In this document: piece after piece, positions 27,689 to 33,775 of the stretch | Layout: every line of letters begins with the position of its first letter | How positions within the stretch are numbered: the stretch's first letter is position 1 | Position numbers and translations under genes: made by a program | DNA from: Minisyncoccia bacterium | GTDB lineage: Bacteria > Patescibacteriota > Minisyncoccia > Phycocordibacterales > UBA9973 | Direction: 5' to 3' | Assembly (NCBI GenBank): GCA_044229265.1 | Contig: JBGATK010000001.1 | Span: 1 to 33,775 of the forward strand | DNA length: 33,775 nt | Notes under the pieces: model-generated | The model's input: only the letters and a program-made list of their open reading frames with translations | Told to the model about the DNA's origin: nothing | Database searches by the model: none

Positions 27689-27943
27689 ATGTTTTATGTA
27701 TACGTATTAAAAAGCAAAAAAGATGAAGATTTATACATAGGAAGTACTAATGATTTAAAAAGAAGATTTAAGGAACATCAAGAAGGAAAAAGTTTTTCTA
27801 CTAAATTCAGAACACCGTTTGAATTAATTTATTATGAAGCCTATAAAAACGAAAAAGATGCTCGCCTGCGCGAACATCAATTAAAACTTAGGGGTAATTC
27901 TAGAAGATTCTTAAAAGAAAGAATCAGAAATAGTTTAAGTTAG
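27689..27943 (+). CDS. stand-alone GIY-YIG nuclease family protein
   Basis: YVYVL...LYIGSTNDLKRRFKEH...ELIYYEAY...ARLREHQLK. Confidence 0.93.
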   Translation: MFYVYVLKSKKDEDLYIGSTNDLKRRFKEHQEGKSFSTKFRTPFELIYYEAYKNEKDARLREHQLKLRGNSRRFLKERIRNSLS

Positions 27944-27949
27944 GGATTT

Positions 27950-28021
27950 ACCCGAACACTTAATTGCAAGATGCAACGAAGTTGCGCGCCTATGGCGCTT
28001 CTTGCATTTAAGTGTGCGGGT
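27950..28021. repeat. Y-shaped inverted-repeat element between the GIY-YIG gene and rpsG
   Basis: 22-bp arms (acccgaacacttaattgcaaga / tcttgcatttaagtgtgcgggt, 2 mismatches) enclosing hairpins gcaac-gaa-gttgc and gcgcc-tat-ggcgc. Confidence 0.8.
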
Positions 28022-28492
28022 TTACCAAGCGAAGTGAGCAAATGCTTTGTTTGCTTCTGCCATTTTGTGAGTATCTTCTCTTTTCTTAATAGCAGAACCT
28101 TCATTTTTGGAAGCTAGTATTAATTCTTCAGCGAGCTTTTTGTGCATTTCAGTTCCCTTTTTTGCACGAGCTGCATCACGAATCCAACGCATAGCGAGAG
28201 CAAGGCGACGTTCTGGGCGAACTTCGCGAGGTACTTGGTAGTTTGCACCACCGATACGCTTACTACGAACTTCGGTCACAGGACCAGCATTCTTCATAGC
28301 TAAGTCAAAAATTTCGAGCGGGTTTGGATTACCTGTTTTTTCTTTTATGATATCAAGTGCACCATAAACCACCTTACGAGCAGTTTCTTTTTTGCCAGAC
28401 CACATAACGTAGTTAATGAACTTTTCTAACTTTTCTGAATTATACAAAAAGTCTGGGCCAACTATATTTCTATTTTTTACTTTTCTTCGCAT
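28022..28492 (-). CDS. rpsG: 30S ribosomal protein S7
   Basis: GKKETA, EVRSKRIGGANYQVP, HKMAEANKAFAHF. Confidence 0.99.
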   Translation of the reverse strand: MRRKVKNRNIVGPDFLYNSEKLEKFINYVMWSGKKETARKVVYGALDIIKEKTGNPNPLEIFDLAMKNAGPVTEVRSKRIGGANYQVPREVRPERRLALAMRWIRDAARAKKGTEMHKKLAEELILASKNEGSAIKKREDTHKMAEANKAFAHFAW

Positions 28493-28553
28493 ATTGTTAT
28501 TTTTTAGGTTTTTAATTTTCAGGTTTTCTTGACCTTACTCCTAATATTGATAA

Positions 28554-28976
28554 TTATTTTTTGTCAGTTTTTGGTTTCTTGTTACCGTATAGTGAACGTC
28601 CTTGGCGACGCTTTTCAACTCCTTGAGTATCGAGAACACCGCGAACTATGTGATACCGAACTCCGATAAGGTCTTTCACGCGACCACCACGAAGCATTAC
28701 CACTGAGTGTTCTTGTAAATTGTGTCCTTCACCTGGAATATAAGCTGTGACTTCCATACCATTTGTAAGGCGAACACGAGCAATCTTACGAAGCGCAGAG
28801 TTAGGCTTTTTAGGTGTAGTAGTAGTTACCTTTGTGCATACTCCTCTTTTAAATGGAGCTGGGTAAAACACAGGGCGATTCTTTAGCATATTAAAACCAC
28901 GCGCAAGTGCTACCGCTTTACTTTTTCGGCGAATTGTTTTTCTGTTATTCTTAATTAATTGATTAACTGTAGGCAT
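28554..28976 (-). CDS. rpsL: 30S ribosomal protein S12
   Basis: [34 protein letters not shown]. Confidence 0.99.
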   Translation of the reverse strand: MPTVNQLIKNNRKTIRRKSKAVALARGFNMLKNRPVFYPAPFKRGVCTKVTTTTPKKPNSALRKIARVRLTNGMEVTAYIPGEGHNLQEHSVVMLRGGRVKDLIGVRYHIVRGVLDTQGVEKRRQGRSLYGNKKPKTDKK

Positions 28977-29024
28977 TTTTTGAATTTCTTAAAATAAAAG
29001 AGTCCTCAAAAGGGCTCGAATAAT

Positions 29025-29053
29025 ACTCTACTATAAAGGTAAAAAAAATGCAA
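29025..29053 (-). promoter_or_regulatory. str operon promoter (TTGCAT-17-TAGAGT)
   Basis: Plus atgcaa at 29048-29053 and actcta at 29025-29030. Confidence 0.55.
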
Positions 29054-29055
29054 CC

Positions 29056-29676
29056 CTACAAACCTATACCAGTAAAAAGTTTGAATAAAAATGCTAATGG
29101 TACATAAAGTGTATCCGCGAAATAAATTACAAATATCAGAAATATTATTAAACTATATCTTTCCAGATTTTGCTGAAAACGTATAGTAGAAGTTGGCAAA
29201 AATGCAAAAAGCAATTTTGAACCATCGAGCGGTGGTATAGGCACAAGGTTAAAAAGAGCGAGTGCCAAGTTCATGAGAACTATAGTAGAAGTAGCTGTTA
29301 TGAAAGCGGGTGAAGCCCCTTCTGCAATACCAATTCGAAAAATAAAACTAAAAATTATAGCAATCAGAATATTTGCGAGAACTCCTGCGCCAGCTACAGC
29401 AAAACTTCCCCATTTGTAATTACGCAAGTTGTTTGGATTATACGGAACTGGTTTTGCCCAACCAATAAGAAATGGTGCATTGGTCAGCACGAGAACTGCC
29501 GGCAAAAGAACAGAACCAAACCAATCTAAGTGTTTTATGGGGTTTAATGTCAGCCTGCCAGCTAATTTAGCTGTTCTGTCGCCAAAATAAAGTGCCGCAT
29601 AACCGTGCGAAACTTCATGAACTACGACTGACATAATCAGAACTACTATATAAAATATTGAATCAATTCCATCCAT
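29056..29676 (-). CDS. site-2 protease family (peptidase M50) intramembrane metalloprotease
   Basis: HEVSH zinc motif, GRLTLNPIKHLD, GWAKPVP, FNLVPIPPLDG. Confidence 0.95.
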   Translation of the reverse strand: MDGIDSIFYIVVLIMSVVVHEVSHGYAALYFGDRTAKLAGRLTLNPIKHLDWFGSVLLPAVLVLTNAPFLIGWAKPVPYNPNNLRNYKWGSFAVAGAGVLANILIAIIFSFIFRIGIAEGASPAFITATSTIVLMNLALALFNLVPIPPLDGSKLLFAFLPTSTIRFQQNLERYSLIIFLIFVIYFADTLYVPLAFLFKLFTGIGL

Positions 29677-29682
29677 AATTAT

Positions 29683-29711
29683 TTGCTTTTATTATTTACT
29701 TATGATAGCAT
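29683..29711 (+). promoter_or_regulatory. rpmB promoter (TTGCTT-17-TAGCAT, extended TG)
   Basis: ttgctt at 29683-29688 and tagcat at 29706-29711; overlaps a possible divergent TGCTATCAT for the protease gene. Confidence 0.55.
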
Positions 29712-29721
29712 AAAAATCACT

Positions 29722-29964
29722 ATGGCGAAAATTTGTGCAATAACTAAAAAAGGTTCTATCGTAGGAGGAGGCTACTCTAACCGAACTCGTGCGACTAAAT
29801 TCAACCCTACAGGCAAAGTCCGCAAGTATCCAAACCTTCAAAATAAGAAGATTTTTGTGCCTGAACTAGGTAAAACTGTAAATATCGAAGTTTCTACTCG
29901 TGGCATGAAGACTATCAAGAAAAACGGTGTCTACGCTACCCTCAAAAAAGCAGAGCTAATCTAA
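29722..29964 (+). CDS. rpmB: 50S ribosomal protein L28
   Basis: MAKICAITKK..., RKYPNLQNKKIFVPE, VSTRGMKTIKKNG; start is the ATG at 29722 rather than the track's TTG. Confidence 0.9.
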   Translation: MAKICAITKKGSIVGGGYSNRTRATKFNPTGKVRKYPNLQNKKIFVPELGKTVNIEVSTRGMKTIKKNGVYATLKKAELI

Positions 29965-29967
29965 ATT

Positions 29968-30005
29968 AAAACAAAAAAACTCCCAGACGGGAGTTTTTTT
30001 GTTTT
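29968..30005. terminator. bidirectional terminator between the convergent rpmB and helicase genes
   Basis: aaaacaaaaaaactccc-agac-gggagtttttttgtttt. Confidence 0.9.
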
Positions 30006-31333
30006 TACGCTGGGACGAATGTTAAGGATGTTCCCTTTTTATCACCACGACCAGTTCGGCCTATGCGGTGCACATATGTCTCGTAGTTTTGAGGTATATC
30101 GTAATTGATAACGTGAGAGACATTTGGTATGTCGAGGCCTCTCGCTGCCACATCAGTAGCTATTAGGATATTTATTTTGTCTTCTTTAAATGCTTCTAAA
30201 GTTCGAATGCGTTCACGGCTACGCTTGTCGCCATGAATACCGGCTACTTTGAAACCAGCGCCACGGAGTTCTTTTTCGAGAGTATCTACAGCGTGTTTCA
30301 TTTCACGGAAAATTAAAATTTTGTCAGTGCCTTCTGATTTTAAAACTTCACAAAGTTTATGAAATTTATCATCATGGCGGACACGAATTATGTCTTGATC
30401 AATATTTTTTGAAGTCTCACCAGTAATTACAGAAATAAATACTGGATCTTTCAAAAATTCAGTTGTAAGTTTTTTAATTTCTGGAGAAAGTGTCGCTGAA
30501 AAGAAAAGGGTTTGTCTATCTGCTGCCATTTTACTCATTACAAATTTCATATCATCTATGAAACCCATGTCGAGCATTCTATCCGCTTCATCTAAGACTA
30601 CAGATTTATAAAAAGATAAATCTAAAACTTTTCTTTTTATAAGGTCAGTCACACGGCCTGGAGTACCAATTACAAAATTTACTCCCCTACTAATTTCATT
30701 TATTTGTTTATTAATAGGCATACCTCCGACTACGCACACACCGTAAAAACCAGAGGCTTTGCCGAGTGCACGGAGCTCGTCTTCTATTTGCATAGCGAGC
30801 TCACGAGTAGGTGCGAGGACGAGAACTTTTTCAGCTTTATTTAAAATTACTTTATTTATTAGTGGTATAAGGAATGCAGCAGTCTTGCCTGTGCCTGTAT
30901 TTGCTAGGCCGAAAACATCTTTACCTGCTAGTGTATGAGGTATAGATTGGTCCTGAATTGGACGTGGATATACATACCCTGCACGAGCAATGTTTGATTG
31001 GAGTTGCGGACTAAAAGCAAAATCAGAAAATGTGTGTTTGTGTTCGTAAGGCTTCTCTACAGTCTTTACTGCTTTTTGTATAAAACGAGAAAAGTCTATG
31101 CGTTCACCGCGAGATCTGCCTTTGCCACCAGATCGTCCACCACCTCCTCTACCTTTAAAAGAAGAAAATCTTCCACCGGCACTTTTAAAATGCCCACCCG
31201 GACGGGAAGGGCTAGCACCAAATCTAGGCTTTTGCCCAAATGTTTTACCTCCTGTTTTTGTTCCCGAGAAACGAGAACCAGAACGTGCTGGGGCTGATGC
31301 CGAGCGCGAGAAACTGCGTTGTTTATTTATCAT
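30005..31333 (-). CDS. DEAD-box RNA helicase (RhlE-like) with N-terminal Gly/Arg/Ser-rich disordered region
   Basis: Q motif, ANTGTGKT, PTRELA, TPGR, DEAD, SAT, ARGLD, HRIGRTGR; ATG at 31333 preferred. Confidence 0.96.
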   Translation of the reverse strand: MINKQRSFSRSASAPARSGSRFSGTKTGGKTFGQKPRFGASPSRPGGHFKSAGGRFSSFKGRGGGGRSGGKGRSRGERIDFSRFIQKAVKTVEKPYEHKHTFSDFAFSPQLQSNIARAGYVYPRPIQDQSIPHTLAGKDVFGLANTGTGKTAAFLIPLINKVILNKAEKVLVLAPTRELAMQIEDELRALGKASGFYGVCVVGGMPINKQINEISRGVNFVIGTPGRVTDLIKRKVLDLSFYKSVVLDEADRMLDMGFIDDMKFVMSKMAADRQTLFFSATLSPEIKKLTTEFLKDPVFISVITGETSKNIDQDIIRVRHDDKFHKLCEVLKSEGTDKILIFREMKHAVDTLEKELRGAGFKVAGIHGDKRSRERIRTLEAFKEDKINILIATDVAARGLDIPNVSHVINYDIPQNYETYVHRIGRTGRGDKKGTSLTFVPA

Positions 31334-31447
31334 ATATTTTTTTGTGTCATGGATATCAATCCCCAGACACAAAAGTCATAGATGATCTCCACATTCGTCA
31401 GTCTCGTTATAATAAGAACTCGCTTAGCGAGTGAGATTGATATTTAT

Positions 31448-31476
31448 AGATTAGCATTGTTTATCTATTTTGTCAA
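31448..31476 (-). promoter_or_regulatory. helicase promoter (TTGACA-17-TAATCT, extended TG)
   Basis: Plus tgtcaa at 31471-31476 and agatta at 31448-31453. Confidence 0.65.
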
Positions 31477-31513
31477 ATTTGTGCCTGACTTATTAAAAAG
31501 ATAAAATAAGAAT

Positions 31514-32452
31514 ATGAATAAACATCCTGATATTTCTTATATAGAACTCTTAGAACATTTACTCGAAAATGGTACGGTAAAAACAGATCGAACTGGCACT
31601 GGCACCAAAAGCGTACTCGGCTATCAAATGCGGTTTGATTTAAATGATGGCTTCCCTTTACTTACTACTAAAAAAGTTCCCATCAAGGCTATAATTCATG
31701 AACTCTTGTGGTTTATGCGTGGCGATACAAATTTAAAATATTTAGCCGACAACAATGTGCATATTTGGGACGAATGGCCATACAAAGCATATTTAATAAA
31801 AAATAATATTACAGTGCCCGCTACCGGCAGTGATGAGTGGAATACTGGAATCAAAGAATTTATTGAAAAAATAAAAACTGACAAAAGTTTTGCAGAAGAA
31901 TATGGCAACTTGGGTCCAATTTATGGTTATCAATGGCGTAAATGGCCTGCGCCAAATGGCTCTCATATAGATCAACTCAAAAATGTAATTGAACAAATTA
32001 AAAAATCTCCAGATTCTCGCAGGCTCATAGTATCTGCATGGAATGTGGCCGATATAGACGAAATGGCTAAGGCTGGGCTCCCTCCTTGCCACTGCCTATT
32101 TCAATTTTATGTTGCTGATAGTAAATTATCTTGCCAATTATATCAACGCAGTTGTGATACATTCCTCGGTGTACCATTCAACATTGCATCATACGCATTA
32201 TTAATAATGATAATAGCCCAAATTTGTGATTTAAAAGTTGGTGAATTTGTGTGGACTGGTGGTGATGTGCATTTATATTCAAATCACGAAGAACAAGCCA
32301 GACTTCAAATCTCTCGCAAAAATGACATTCGCGCACTGCCAACTATGAAAATAAATCCAGACAGAAAAAATCTTGAAGAATTCACCGTAGAAGATTTTGA
32401 ATTATTAGATTATAATCCACACGAAGCCATAAAAGCTCCCATAGCTGTATAA
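31514..32452 (+). CDS. thyA: thymidylate synthase
   Basis: [59 protein letters not shown]. Confidence 0.99.
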   Translation: MNKHPDISYIELLEHLLENGTVKTDRTGTGTKSVLGYQMRFDLNDGFPLLTTKKVPIKAIIHELLWFMRGDTNLKYLADNNVHIWDEWPYKAYLIKNNITVPATGSDEWNTGIKEFIEKIKTDKSFAEEYGNLGPIYGYQWRKWPAPNGSHIDQLKNVIEQIKKSPDSRRLIVSAWNVADIDEMAKAGLPPCHCLFQFYVADSKLSCQLYQRSCDTFLGVPFNIASYALLIMIIAQICDLKVGEFVWTGGDVHLYSNHEEQARLQISRKNDIRALPTMKINPDRKNLEEFTVEDFELLDYNPHEAIKAPIAV

Positions 32453-32454
32453 AT

Positions 32455-32946
32455 ATGATATCAATCATCGCAGGTATTGGTAAAAATAATGAAATCGGAA
32501 AAGAAAATGCCCTTCTTTGGCACTTGCCAGCGGACTTAGCTTATTTTAAAAAAATAACTTCTGGAAAAACCATTATAATGGGCAGGAAAACTTTTGAAAG
32601 CATTGGTAAACCTTTGCCAAACAGGCAAAATATTGTAATTACTAGAGATGCTTCTTTTTCACACGAAGGAGTTCTTGTTGAAAATTCATTAGATCAAATA
32701 ACCTCACTATCTGATTCAAACAGAGATAGTGAGGTTTTTATTATTGGTGGAGCGAAAATATACAAACAAGCGATAAATATAGCGGATAAATTATATATAA
32801 CTCATATAAATGCTGAAGATAAAGATGCTGATTCATTCTTCCCTGTCATAGACAAAAACATTTGGCATGAAGTTTCTCGAGCAGAAAATAAAGCTGACGA
32901 TAAAAATCCTTACGACTACTCTTTTGTAATATACGAAAAATACTAG
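32455..32946 (+). CDS. folA: dihydrofolate reductase
   Basis: IG...LLWHLPADLAYFK, IMGRKTFESIGKPLPNRQNIVIT, IIGGAKIY, DSFFP. Confidence 0.98.
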   Translation: MISIIAGIGKNNEIGKENALLWHLPADLAYFKKITSGKTIIMGRKTFESIGKPLPNRQNIVITRDASFSHEGVLVENSLDQITSLSDSNRDSEVFIIGGAKIYKQAINIADKLYITHINAEDKDADSFFPVIDKNIWHEVSRAENKADDKNPYDYSFVIYEKY

Positions 32947-32959
32947 GTCTTGCCTAGTA
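32941..32959 (+). repeat. REP-like hairpin, copy 2 (TACTAGGTCTTGCCTAGTA), overlapping the folA stop
   Basis: 7-bp stem with TCTTG loop; near-identical to the reverse complement of 4537-4557. Confidence 0.5.
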
Positions 32960-32975
32960 CAAAATTTTTGGAAAT

Positions 32976-33009
32976 AAAAAAACCGTGGGAGAATACTCTC
33001 CACACGGTT
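32976..33009 (-). terminator. intrinsic terminator after the 237-aa gene
   Basis: aaccgtg-ggaga...tctcc-a-cacggtt stem with a U-tract on the minus strand. Confidence 0.75.
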
Positions 33010-33032
33010 GCTTTCAAATAAAGTTGAAAATC

Positions 33033-33746
33033 TTAGATATTGTCCACATTTGGGACGAAGTTTTTGTGTATCATAAAGATACATAAATCTCCTTCGCTCC
33101 AGGTATGATCAGGAATAAATGCGTGAGCTGTTGCGCTCAAACTGATATCTTCCTTATTTCTTAGCAAGATATGATAAGTTTTTAAAACTCTTTCAAATTT
33201 GTTTTGCCCAGGAACTGGAAGCTCTAAAAACAAATGTATATTCTTGTTCGCAGGTAATTTTTTACCTAAAAATTCTTTTGGCAATTTATGCCTAAGTGCA
33301 ATTTGGTAAAAATCAAATAGATTTACTTCCATTTCTCTTTCATTTTTCATGCTGTAGAAATCTGGATGATCAAAAAAAGTTACTTTGCCAAAGAACTCTT
33401 CTTTGTACCTTGTTAATCCTAATTTATTAGCACTTATCAAAATCTCTCTCTCGGTTTTATCCCGAGAAAGTTCATAAGCCATAATGGGTTTTGGAATGAT
33501 TTTACTTTTCCTTGCTAAAAAAACATTTTCAGCAGTCAGGTCTTCGACAAAATCAAAAACTTTACCGACTCGAATGTTTTCTTTTGGATTAAAATAAGAC
33601 CTTCCCCCGTCTTGGACAGCCCAATAAAGATCTGGCCTGGGGATTAAACCCTCCCCCGCAAAAGTTATTATCGGTTTTTCAATTGGAGCGGAATTTCTCA
33701 TCGCTCTTCTTTGGGACAACACTTCCCCACTCATTACATTACTCAT
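33033..33746 (-). CDS. hypothetical protein
   Basis: 237-codon ORF in AT-rich DNA with its own terminator; no recognised motif. Confidence 0.75.
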   Translation of the reverse strand: MSNVMSGEVLSQRRAMRNSAPIEKPIITFAGEGLIPRPDLYWAVQDGGRSYFNPKENIRVGKVFDFVEDLTAENVFLARKSKIIPKPIMAYELSRDKTEREILISANKLGLTRYKEEFFGKVTFFDHPDFYSMKNEREMEVNLFDFYQIALRHKLPKEFLGKKLPANKNIHLFLELPVPGQNKFERVLKTYHILLRNKEDISLSATAHAFIPDHTWSEGDLCIFMIHKNFVPNVDNI

Positions 33747-33775
33747 GTTAAACGGTTTTAGTTAAAAAAAATTTA

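Noticed and set aside
31380-31440. Hammerhead ribozyme suggested by CTGACGA on the minus strand
   Set aside because: No downstream GAAA core closing a stem II; kept only as a structured leader
31514-32452. Intron or intein in thyA because of its longer length
   Set aside because: The reading frame is continuous; the extra segment after IWDEW matches the position of the known small-domain insertion of longer thymidylate synthases
403-32946. UGA recoding (genetic code 25), since the called genes end in TAA or TAG
   Set aside because: Conserved genes are full length under the standard code with no in-frame TGA; the stop bias fits low GC
126-33084. Many short ORFs in the track that overlap real genes or intergenic hairpins (e.g. 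434-727, 997-1311, 5488-5823, 8976-9371, 12052-12708, 25463-25834, 30998-31385)
   Set aside because: Antisense or off-frame shadows of well-supported genes, with no motifs or independent expression signals
1-33775. CRISPR array, tRNA/rRNA genes, integrase or transposase
   Set aside because: No regularly spaced repeats, cloverleaf or rRNA-like segment, and no recombinase motifs were recognised

Overview
AT-rich bacterial genomic window, standard genetic code. By inference from r-protein sequence character, missing Shine-Dalgarno motifs and ORFan content it is most consistent with Patescibacteria/CPR (Parcubacteria-like). The backbone is the str-S10-spc ribosomal superoperon on the minus strand: rpsL-rpsG-fusA-tuf-rpsJ-rplCDWB-rpsS-rplV-rpsC-rplP-rpsQ-rplNXE, with rpmC missing. 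To its right lie a site-2 protease, rpmB, a DEAD-box helicase, thyA-folA and an ORFan. The superoperon is interrupted by accessory genes at three places (rpsG|fusA, fusA|tuf, rplB|rpsS) and terminated after rplE. The main discovery is in the ~16 kb insert between fusA and tuf: seven co-oriented genes (14693-24902, one a 50-aa ORF not in the ORF track) that all begin with the same 25-residue leader, [KQ]N[IV]L[AV]G[VIL]G-x16-A. Six of them carry a total of 16 copies of a CnaB/SpaA-like beta-sandwich domain with a Lys-Glu-Asn isopeptide-type triad and a Cys pair, and three also carry beta-propeller heads. No sortase motif or type IV pilin signal is visible, and a MacAB-like exporter without TolC follows directly. 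This looks like a candidate sortase-independent surface fibre/adhesin system. Smaller signals: TATAAT-N6-ATG leaderless starts, a shared tail after accessory-gene terminators, a Y-shaped element beside a GIY-YIG nuclease, a two-copy REP-like hairpin and several structured 5' leaders. All calls come from reading the sequence; no searches were run.
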